NCBI GenBank assembly: GCA_963828555.1
Contig: CAWHEL010000002.1
Location: 1,257,174-1,281,173 of the forward strand
Length of the DNA stretch: 24,000 bases
Direction of reading: 5' to 3'
DNA from: an uncultured Actinomycetota bacterium
GTDB lineage: Bacteria; Actinomycetota; Actinomycetes; Actinomycetales; Kineosporiaceae
Below, piece after piece: positions 1 through 6,435 of this stretch (position 1 is its first letter; every line of letters begins with the position of its first letter). Both the position numbers and the translations under genes were made by a program. Below the pieces are notes generated by a model. The model did not search any database. It was not told the DNA's origin and was given only the letters and a program-made list of their open reading frames with translations.

Positions 1-434
1 TGCTGCAGATCGCGTGCGGCGCCGAGAGCCTGTGGGTGAAGCTGGCCGATTGGATCGGCCTGGACTCGGCCGAACCGGGCCTGGCGACCAACGCCGACCG
101 GGTGCGCAACCGCCCGCGGCTGATCGAGCTGATCGACGGCGCGCTCGCCGACCGCACCCTGGCCGAGACCCTGGCCGAGCTGGACCGGATCGGCATCCCG
201 GCCGGTGAAGTGCGCACCCTCGACCGGGTCTACACCTGGGAGCAGACCCGGTCCCAGCACCTGGTGCTCGACGTCGACCATCCGGTGCTCGGGCCGATCG
301 AACTGCCGGGCTCGCCGCTGCGGTTCGACGACCAGCCGTTCTCCGGCGGCCGCGCGGAGCACCGCCCTCCGCCGCTGCTCGGGGAGCACAACGACTCGGT
401 GCGGGCCTGGCTGGACGCGCCGGATGGCCGGTAG
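1..434 (+). CDS. CoA-transferase family III (CaiB/BaiF type), C-terminal fragment; the 5' end lies outside the window
   Basis: The frame stays open from nt 3 (LQIACGAESLWVKLADWIGL...) to TAG at 432-434. The C-terminal sequence (LAELDRIGIPAGEVRTLDRVYTWEQTRSQHLVLDVDHPVLGPIELPGSPLRFDD) resembles the conserved tail of CaiB/BaiF-type CoA transferases. High third-position GC. Confidence 0.8.
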   Translation, partial: LQIACGAESLWVKLADWIGLDSAEPGLATNADRVRNRPRLIELIDGALADRTLAETLAELDRIGIPAGEVRTLDRVYTWEQTRSQHLVLDVDHPVLGPIELPGSPLRFDDQPFSGGRAEHRPPPLLGEHNDSVRAWLDAPDGR

Positions 435-1382
435 TCAGTCGTCGACAAGCGCGACCAGGGCGGCGTCCCCCTGTCGCAGGGTGTTGGTGGGCGTGAGCAC
501 CCGCATGCACCCGTCGAGCTCCACGTAGACCTCCGCGGTGAGCACCGCGAACCGGGTGTGCGCTGTCGTGCAGGGCCGGGCGGGGCCGAGGGCCGCCAGG
601 GCGGTGCGCACCGCTGCGGCGTGCGTGCCGGTCAGCGTCACTCCGTCGGTGGGCGAGCCGTCGCCGTCGTCCGCGCCGGTGTACCGGCAGAGGCGGATCG
701 ACTCGCGGCCGGCCAAAAGCGGCCCGGGGCCGGAGGTCCGCGCTGTGCCGCCGATCAGGGCGATCATGTCCTTCCAGCGCTCACACCCGGCGAGGACCGC
801 GGCCTCGGGCCGCGTGCGGCGCAGCGGAGTGCGTTCGATGGTGGTCCAGGACAGGGCTGCGAGCGCCTCCAGCACCGCGGGCAGCGCGTGTTGACACTCG
901 TCCGTCGGCAGGGAGATCACCGTGGGTCTCCCGTCGAGCTCGAGGGTCACCGCGTTGGTCGTCGCGTAGGCGCGGCAGGACATCCCTGGCTGCTCTCTCA
1001 AGGGCGGCCGACGGAGGAGCCTCACGAACTCCTCGATCCGCTCGCTCGTGCGCTCCCGGACGACCACCGACCATTCGCCGTCCCCGGCCACGCGCTCCAG
1101 ACGCCGGTCGCACCGCAGCACGGCAGTCGGCTGCTCGGAGGCGGCCAGTGGCCTCCCGGGGCCGATCCGGAGCGGATCACAATCGGCCGCTCCGGTCGCG
1201 GCGGTGGCAGGCAGGTCGGCGGCGGACCCCGACACCGCCGGCGTGGTCACGACATCGCCGGAGGCGCAGCCGGCGAGCAGCACTGCCGCGAGCAGCAGAC
1301 AGGTCCTCCGCACGGGTCCCCGCCCCAACGCCCTCGAACGTACATCGGCACATCGAACGCCCAGCCCAAGCCGTTCCGTCAC
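435..1382 (-). CDS. Putative secreted lipoprotein of unknown function with an internally duplicated Cys-containing domain
   Basis: Signal peptide plus lipobox (RRTCLLLAAVLLAGC|ASG). The GTG at 1382 overlaps the upstream gene's TGA (GTGA). An alternative GTG at 1313 would give a classical short lipoprotein signal (MRRTCLLL...). I recognise no family. Confidence 0.6.
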   Translation of the reverse strand: MTERLGLGVRCADVRSRALGRGPVRRTCLLLAAVLLAGCASGDVVTTPAVSGSAADLPATAATGAADCDPLRIGPGRPLAASEQPTAVLRCDRRLERVAGDGEWSVVVRERTSERIEEFVRLLRRPPLREQPGMSCRAYATTNAVTLELDGRPTVISLPTDECQHALPAVLEALAALSWTTIERTPLRRTRPEAAVLAGCERWKDMIALIGGTARTSGPGPLLAGRESIRLCRYTGADDGDGSPTDGVTLTGTHAAAVRTALAALGPARPCTTAHTRFAVLTAEVYVELDGCMRVLTPTNTLRQGDAALVALVDD

Positions 1383-2776
1383 CCGCCGGTGAGCTCCGGG
1401 CCCGGCCGCAGGCTGGCCAGGTCGGCGGCCGCTCGGCCGCTCGCCCAGCCCTCGCGGTCGTTGGCCGAGCCGACGGACCGGGTGATCAGGCTCGGGAACA
1501 ACGCCGCGGTGGCCTCGTCGACGGCGGCTCGGGCAGAGGCGAGCACCGGCAGCAGGTCAGATCGACCGGTCTCGGTGGCGACCTGGCGGGTCTGCTCCTC
1601 GGTGGTCTCCGCCAGGCGCTCGCCGAGGCGATGGGCGTAGGACATCAGGAAGGACTGGCGGAACGATCGAGTGCGGGAGGCGCCGTCGGCGTACTGGCGC
1701 GAACCCTGCCGGGTCATCGCGGTCGTCGCCTGGACCAGCAACGAGGTGAACAGCAACTCGACCGCGTCCAGGTCTGCTGCTCGGCCGATGACGGTCGCGA
1801 ACCCGAGGGCCTTGCTCCACACCATGCGGCACTGGCTCGCATCGGCGACGGTCTGGAGGAGCATGGCCTTGGGTGCTTCGTAGGGGTTGTCGATGCCGAT
1901 CCGTCGGCCCTGCGGGCCGCCGACGGTCGGCCGGGTGGCGTCGAGCAGCGCGCGATCGATCCGGTGGCGCGCCATCATGGCGTGCGCCCCTGCGGTGAAC
2001 GTCTCGGCCTCGGCGGGGTAGGGCGTCGACTCGGCCTTGGCCAGCAGCGCCCGCACCTTCTCCAGGATCCGCCGGTCGACGTCCGGCCGATCGGTCGCGG
2101 GCACATGGGTGGCCTCGCCGGGGATGGGACCGAGCCGCTCCAGATCGGGCAGCCGGGCCAGGGCGTCGGCCAGCTCCAGCGCCAGGCGGATGGTGACCGC
2201 CCGCGGACGGGCCACGTCGGCGTCCATCCAATTGCGCTCACGCGGCCAGCGGACGGTCGCGTCGAGCGCCACGAGCTGGTCGTGCCAGCGCGCCGACACG
2301 GTGGTCGGCGCGTAGCGGGCAAGTTCGGCGGCGATCGCATCGCGACCCACGGATTCGAGATCCACACCTTGCAGACGACGCAGAGCGCGGACGACGTCCG
2401 CGGGCTCCCACCCACGCCGCCACACATCGGTGATCTGGCCGAGGACGATGGCGCTGAGTTTCCGGTCGACCGTCCGTCTCCAGCCGGCGGCCTGCGACGT
2501 CTCGGCATCCGCGAGGCCATGGACACTCCTGAGGAAGTGGGTACCCCGGCCGCGTGCCAGGTGTCCCAGCGCCAGGGACACCAGCTCGCGCACGTCGTCG
2601 GTGACATCCGGCAGACTCGCCGACCCGGCCCAGGCCGCTCCGAACGGCGATCCCGACGCCGTGCCGAACGAGGCGCCGGGGGTGGCAGTGGACTCGCTTC
2701 CTCGTCCTCCGCCGACCGTCGCCCGCTTGCGTGCCTTGGCCTTCGTCGCCCGTCGCTGTCGATTCGCCTTCCCCAT
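1379..2776 (-). CDS. DUF2786 domain-containing protein
   Basis: 465-aa ORF with ATG at 2776. It has a basic N-terminus (MGKANRQRRATKAKARKR). The central motif ILEKVRALLAKAESTPYPAEAETFTAGAHAMMARHRID matches the DUF2786 signature (LLAKAEST..EAE....KA.ELM..H). Codon bias is consistent with coding. Confidence 0.75.
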   Translation of the reverse strand: MGKANRQRRATKAKARKRATVGGGRGSESTATPGASFGTASGSPFGAAWAGSASLPDVTDDVRELVSLALGHLARGRGTHFLRSVHGLADAETSQAAGWRRTVDRKLSAIVLGQITDVWRRGWEPADVVRALRRLQGVDLESVGRDAIAAELARYAPTTVSARWHDQLVALDATVRWPRERNWMDADVARPRAVTIRLALELADALARLPDLERLGPIPGEATHVPATDRPDVDRRILEKVRALLAKAESTPYPAEAETFTAGAHAMMARHRIDRALLDATRPTVGGPQGRRIGIDNPYEAPKAMLLQTVADASQCRMVWSKALGFATVIGRAADLDAVELLFTSLLVQATTAMTRQGSRQYADGASRTRSFRQSFLMSYAHRLGERLAETTEEQTRQVATETGRSDLLPVLASARAAVDEATAALFPSLITRSVGSANDREGWASGRAAADLASLRPGPELTGG

Positions 2777-2828
2777 GACAGGTCACCGTAGCCAGAGCCA
2801 CCGACGGCTGGACGAAATACCGTAGACC

Positions 2829-2837
2829 TGTGGATAA
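2829..2837 (-). promoter_or_regulatory. Perfect DnaA-box consensus (TTATCCACA on the minus strand) in a divergent intergenic region
   Basis: TGTGGATAA at 2829-2837, in a patch of about 54% GC (my count over 2811-2860). A second core, GGGTCCACA, lies at 2901-2909 in the opposite orientation. Confidence 0.35.
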
Positions 2838-2974
2838 CTCCGACAGGTTCCCTGGTACGGCACACCTGCGCCACGCACGTCCTCGCCCAAGGAGCCGCCC
2901 GGGTCCACAATGGATCGAGGTGGACTGGGCATCGAGGTGCACTGGCCAGAGAATCACGAACGAGGAGGCCGTCG

Positions 2975-3520
2975 GTGAGCGAATCGGCGTCGGCCATCGG
3001 CCGGAGGGTGTCCTACCAGGCCTACCTCGACCTTCCCGACGAGCTACGGGCGGAATATGTCAACGGTGTTGTCATCGTGAACCCTCCGCCGTCGTTCGTC
3101 CATCAGCGCATCTGCCTGCGGCTGAGGGACGCCTTGGTGACCGCATTGCCGAGTGCCGTTGTCGCCGTTACCGTCGGCTGGAAGCTGAGCCCGGACCGCC
3201 AGGACATCCGGATTCCGGATGTTGCGGTGCTCGATGCCGAGCCGGCTGAGGATCTCGTCGCGGTACCGCCGCTCCTAGTGGTCGAGGTCTTGTCCACGAA
3301 CCGTTCTGACGACCTGGTGCGCAAGTCGACCGAGTACCTCGACGCCGGCGCTGGCCAGTACTGGATCATGGATCCTCGCGACCGGGTGTTGGACGCCTAC
3401 CTCAGCACACCGGCCGGCTGGGAGGTCTTGGCGCACTTGACCGACGAGCACCCGACAGGCGTGGTCCGGGTCGCCGAGCTCGGCGACGTCCGGCTCGATC
3501 TGGCGGCTCTGCTCGGCTGA
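2975..3520 (+). CDS. Uma2 family (DUF820) putative endonuclease
   Basis: GTG at 2975 lies 6 nt after GAGGAGG. Typical Uma2 features are present: YQAYLDLPDELRAEYVNGVVIV, HQRICLRL, IPDVAVLD, PLLVVEVLS, KSTEYLDAGAGQYWIMDP. Confidence 0.85.
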   Translation: MSESASAIGRRVSYQAYLDLPDELRAEYVNGVVIVNPPPSFVHQRICLRLRDALVTALPSAVVAVTVGWKLSPDRQDIRIPDVAVLDAEPAEDLVAVPPLLVVEVLSTNRSDDLVRKSTEYLDAGAGQYWIMDPRDRVLDAYLSTPAGWEVLAHLTDEHPTGVVRVAELGDVRLDLAALLG

Positions 3521-3698
3521 GCACCTCAGCCGCTACGCGGTCGCGCAGGCAGGCGCACGGAGCCGTCTTCAAGGCCTCGATCGGCGCCGTGCTGGCCCTG
3601 CCAAAGCTGGGCCGTCCTCCTGGCAGAAGTCGCCAACGCAGGTGGGCCTCGGCGCTGGTTAGGCTCCCGGGCACCAGGACGCCGAAGGGAGGTATGTG

Positions 3699-4634
3699 AT
3701 GCGGATACTCGTCGCCCTGGGCGGCAACGCGATGACCGGCCCGGACGGCACCGCCACACCTACGGCCCAGCGGGCAGCGATCACCTCGGCGATGGGCTCG
3801 GTGGCCGATCTGATCGCCGCCGGTCACGAGGTGGTGATCACCCACGGCAACGGCCCCCAGGTGGGCAACCTGCTGGTCAAGAACGAACTGGCCGCGCACG
3901 TCGTCCCGCCGGTGCCCCTGGACTGGAACGGCGCGCAGACCCAGGGCACGCTCGGCTTCACCATCCTGAACGCGCTCGAGCCGGCCCTCGCCGTCCGCGG
4001 CAGTGCCCGCCCGGTGGCGGCGATCGTCACCAGGACCCGGGTGGACGGCGACGACCCGGGCTTCACCCACCCGACCAAGCCGGTCGGCCGGTATCTGCCC
4101 CACGCACAGGCCGAACCGCTGATCGCCCACGGCCAGATCTGGCAGGACCGCGGCGAGAAGGGCTGGCGCCGGGTGGTCGCCTCGCCCGAGCCGCTGGAGG
4201 TGGTGGACACGCCCACCGTGCGCACGCTGCTGGCCGCCGGGTACGTGGTGGTCGCCGCCGGCGGCGGGGGCATCCCGGTGGTGCGCGACCCGGACGGCTC
4301 GCTGCGCGGCGTCGAGGCCGTGATCGACAAGGACCTGACCGCCGCCGTCCTCGCCCGCGCGCTCGACCTGGAGGTGCTGGTGATCGCCACTGACGTGGAC
4401 CAGGCGATGACCGGTTTCGGCACCCCGGCGGCGCGCCCCGTGGGCCGGATCACTGCGCCGGCCATGCGCGAGCTCATCGCTGCCGGGCATTTCGCGGCCG
4501 GATCGATGGGGCCGAAGGTGGAGGCCGCCGTCCGGTTCGTCGAGGCCGGCGGAACCCGAAGTGTGATCACGTCGCTGTCCCGGATCGCCCAGGGTGTGGC
4601 CGGCGAGTTCGGCACGTGCATCGAAGACCATTGA
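3699..4634 (+). CDS. arcC: Carbamate kinase
   Basis: MRILVALGGNAM..., GHEVVITHGNGPQVGNLL, PTKPVGRYL, GWRRVVASPEP, VVAAGGGGIPV, GVEAVIDKDL and GSMGPKVEAA are all canonical carbamate kinase blocks. RBS GAAGGGAGG at 3683-3691. An in-frame GTG at 3696 is an alternative start. Confidence 0.9.
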   Translation: MRILVALGGNAMTGPDGTATPTAQRAAITSAMGSVADLIAAGHEVVITHGNGPQVGNLLVKNELAAHVVPPVPLDWNGAQTQGTLGFTILNALEPALAVRGSARPVAAIVTRTRVDGDDPGFTHPTKPVGRYLPHAQAEPLIAHGQIWQDRGEKGWRRVVASPEPLEVVDTPTVRTLLAAGYVVVAAGGGGIPVVRDPDGSLRGVEAVIDKDLTAAVLARALDLEVLVIATDVDQAMTGFGTPAARPVGRITAPAMRELIAAGHFAAGSMGPKVEAAVRFVEAGGTRSVITSLSRIAQGVAGEFGTCIEDH

Positions 4635-4660
4635 GTTCACAACCAGAAGGGTGACCCGCT

Positions 4661-5797
4661 GTGCCAGAGCCGATCGAAGTCCGCAAGGTCCCGCTGCACA
4701 CCGTCTCCGACGCCTCCGAGTTGGCCAAGCTCATCGACGACGGCGTGATGGACGCGCGCCGCGTCATCGCCGTCATCGGCAAGACCGAGGGCAACGGCGG
4801 GGTCAACGACTACACCCGGATCATCGCCGACAGGGCCTTCCGTGAGGTGCTGATCGCCAAGGGCGCCCCCGAGGAGCAGGTGCGCCAGGTGCCGATCGTG
4901 TGGTCGGGCGGCACGGACGGCGTGATCAGCCCGCACGCCACGATTTTCGCCACCGTGCCGGCCGACCAGGCCGAGAAGACCGACGAGCCCCGGCTGACCG
5001 TGGGCTTCGCGATGAGCGAGCACCTGCTGCCCGAGGAGATCGGCTACACGCCGATGATCTCCAAGGTGGCGGCGGCGGTGCGGGTGGCGATGGAGCGGGC
5101 CGGCATCACCGACCCGGCCGACGTGCACTACGTGCAGACCAAGACCCCGTTGCTGACCATCCACACCATCCGGGACGCCAAGTCGCGCGGCAAGAGCGTG
5201 TGGACCGAGCACACCCACGAGTCGATGGACCTGTCCAACGGGTGCACCGCGCTCGGCATCGCCGTCGCTCTCGGCGAGATCGAGATGCCCACCGACGCCG
5301 ACGTGATGCACGACCGGTCGTTGTTCTCCTCGGTCGCGTCCTGCTCCTCCGGGGTGGAGCTCGACCAGGCCCAGGTGGTCGTGGTCGGCAACGCCCGGGG
5401 CATCGGCGGGCGCTACCGGATCGGCCACGCGGTCATGCAGGACGCGCTGGACGCCGACGGGATCTGGGCGGCGATCAAGGACGCCGGGCTCGACCTGCCC
5501 GAGCGGGCGCACTCCAGCGACCTCGGCGGCCGGCTGGTCAACGTGTTCCTCAAGTGCGAGGCCTCGCTGGACGGTCAGGTGCACGGGCGGCGCAACGCGA
5601 TGCTCGACGACTCCGACGTGCACTGGCATCGCCAGATCAAGTCGTGCGTGGGCGGGGTGACCGCCTCGGTCACCGGGGACCCGGCCTGTTTCGTCTCGGT
5701 CTCGGCGGCCCACCAGGGCCCGGACGGCGGTGGGCCGGTGGCCGCGATCGTGGACCTGGGTGCGGGCGAAGCGACCGGCTACCGCTGGCCCCGCTGA
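4661..5797 (+). CDS. Ring-opening amidohydrolase of the cyanuric acid amidohydrolase / barbiturase (AtzD/TrzD) family; substrate not assignable from sequence
   Basis: 378 aa. It aligns along its length with my recollection of AtzD: [73 protein letters not shown]. These are the contexts of the three Ser-Lys dyads and the C-terminal metal site. GTG start 26 nt after the arcC stop, with AGAAGGG upstream. Confidence 0.88.
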   Translation: MPEPIEVRKVPLHTVSDASELAKLIDDGVMDARRVIAVIGKTEGNGGVNDYTRIIADRAFREVLIAKGAPEEQVRQVPIVWSGGTDGVISPHATIFATVPADQAEKTDEPRLTVGFAMSEHLLPEEIGYTPMISKVAAAVRVAMERAGITDPADVHYVQTKTPLLTIHTIRDAKSRGKSVWTEHTHESMDLSNGCTALGIAVALGEIEMPTDADVMHDRSLFSSVASCSSGVELDQAQVVVVGNARGIGGRYRIGHAVMQDALDADGIWAAIKDAGLDLPERAHSSDLGGRLVNVFLKCEASLDGQVHGRRNAMLDDSDVHWHRQIKSCVGGVTASVTGDPACFVSVSAAHQGPDGGGPVAAIVDLGAGEATGYRWPR

Positions 5798-5833
5798 GCC
5801 CCCGGCCGCTGGCCCCGCTGCCACCCGCAGGGG

Positions 5834-5945
5834 TCGTCCACAGGTTTACTCACACCTGTGTAATTCCACAGCTGTGAGCAAACCCTGTGGACAATGCGTA
5901 GCGGAGCCACTGCACTCAGTTCGTGAGCCCGCCGAGTGTGGACAC
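5834..5945. promoter_or_regulatory. Cluster of DnaA-box-like 9-mers embedded in nested palindromes (candidate protein-binding array)
   Basis: Boxes: TCGTCCACA 5834-5842 (8/9 to TTGTCCACA); AATTCCACA 5862-5870 (weak); TGTGGACAA 5886-5894 (complement of TTGTCCACA, 9/9); TGTGGACAC 5937-5945 (8/9). GTCCACAGG 5836-5844 and CCTGTGGAC 5884-5892 form a perfect 9-bp inverted repeat. CACAGCTGTG 5867-5876 is a perfect palindrome. Local GC is about 48% (my count over 5841-5900). Confidence 0.4.
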
Positions 5946-5985
5946 TTCTCGGGCGATTTCGGCGGTTGTGCCGGGGGCAAACGAG

Positions 5986-6040
5986 GAGTGGTCACCTCCG
6001 GGGCGACACGAGGGGTGTGTTGCCCGAGAAGTGACCACTC
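5986..6040 (-). terminator. Candidate crgA terminator hairpin (long imperfect stem)
   Basis: GAGTGGTCAC 5986-5995 pairs with GTGACCACTC 6031-6040, with further inner pairs (GGGC/GCCC, ACAC/GTGT). On the minus strand it starts 33 nt after the crgA stop and is followed by CUCGUUUGCC, a weak U tract. Confidence 0.3.
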
Positions 6041-6072
6041 AGCGGGGGGGAGCGGGGGGAGCGGGGGGTGGG
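6041..6072. repeat. Tandem G-tract repeat (AGCGGGGGG x3 plus TGGG); G-quadruplex-type motif on the plus strand, C-rich on the crgA transcript
   Basis: Read directly: AGC-G7, AGC-G6, AGC-G6, T-G3, ending directly at the crgA stop codon (6073-6075). Confidence 0.85.
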
Positions 6073-6321
6073 TCAGCGCCAGCGGGTGGTCATGCCGAAG
6101 CCGAGCATCAGCACCGAGAAGCCGATCACCAGGTTCCAGTACCCGATCGCCCCGATCGGGTAGGCAAAGTTCGACAGGTAGGTGACGACGAGGTAAGCCA
6201 GGCCGAGCAGCAGCAGGCCGACCATCACCGGCACGAACCAGCGTGGATTCGGCTTCGGCGGCGCGGCCTTCGCCGGCGGCGGAGTGAACGGGGTCTGGCG
6301 GCGCACCCGGGACTCGGGCAT
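6073..6321 (-). CDS. crgA: Cell division protein CrgA
   Basis: MPESRVRRQTPFTPPP...NPRWFVPVMVGLLLLGLAYLVVTYL...YWNLVIGFSVLMLGFGMTTRWR: the CrgA N-terminal MP(K/E)S(R/K)VR motif, two TM helices and the C-terminal TRWR. I chose the ATG at 6321 rather than the track start at 6369. Its position next to DUF881, trpG and pknB matches Rv0011c. Confidence 0.9.
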   Translation of the reverse strand: MPESRVRRQTPFTPPPAKAAPPKPNPRWFVPVMVGLLLLGLAYLVVTYLSNFAYPIGAIGYWNLVIGFSVLMLGFGMTTRWR

Positions 6322-6435
6322 CTCTCGGCTCCTCGCGATCCGGCTGTCGGCGGCGAGCCGGCGGCCCACCCGTGTCCTAGCCTAAGTCCCGCAGCGGGGG
6401 AAGGCCTACGGTCGCGTGCAGTGGAGGTGAACGTG

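Noticed and set aside
3521-3698. Riboswitch (for example guanidine or another nitrogen-metabolite class) in the 178-nt leader of the arcC / AtzD-like cassette
   Set aside because: I could not match any riboswitch consensus I know. I see only a short hairpin over the Uma2 stop (GGCTGAG-CAC-CTCAGCC, 3515-3531) and a possible TAGGCT -10 at 3660-3665. A covariance-model scan would be needed.
3402-5824. Long antisense ORFs opposite arcC and the AtzD-like gene (3402-4640, 3824-4621 and 4637-5824, all minus strand)
   Set aside because: These are typical high-GC shadow ORFs: Arg/Gly/Pro/His-rich, no recognisable motifs, and they overlap strongly supported genes on the other strand. The same reasoning applies to 558-1640, 1148-2791, 7837-9189, 9114-10427, 11521-13113, 13503-14750, 16154-17317, 17730-19913 and 20736-23297.
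5834-5945. DnaA-box cluster as the chromosomal origin (oriC)
   Set aside because: There is no dnaA/dnaN flank, only 3-4 boxes, and no AT-rich unwinding element. The gene context matches a locus some distance from the origin in other actinobacteria.
5941-6009. GACAC pentamers (5941-5945 and 6005-9) as WhiA binding sites
   Set aside because: The motif is too short to be informative, and the sites are downstream of crgA rather than upstream.
6041-6072. G-rich 9-nt tandem repeat as a CRISPR array or minisatellite
   Set aside because: There are only three 9-10 nt units with no spacers, which is far too short for CRISPR. I report it only as a G-tract repeat.
5923-6435. N-terminal 170 aa of the 446-aa track ORF (5923-7263), which would extend the DUF881 protein
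   Set aside because: This part is antisense to crgA and runs through the repeat-rich spacer. It has no membrane or domain features. A good RBS plus ATG at 6436 gives a normal DUF881 architecture.
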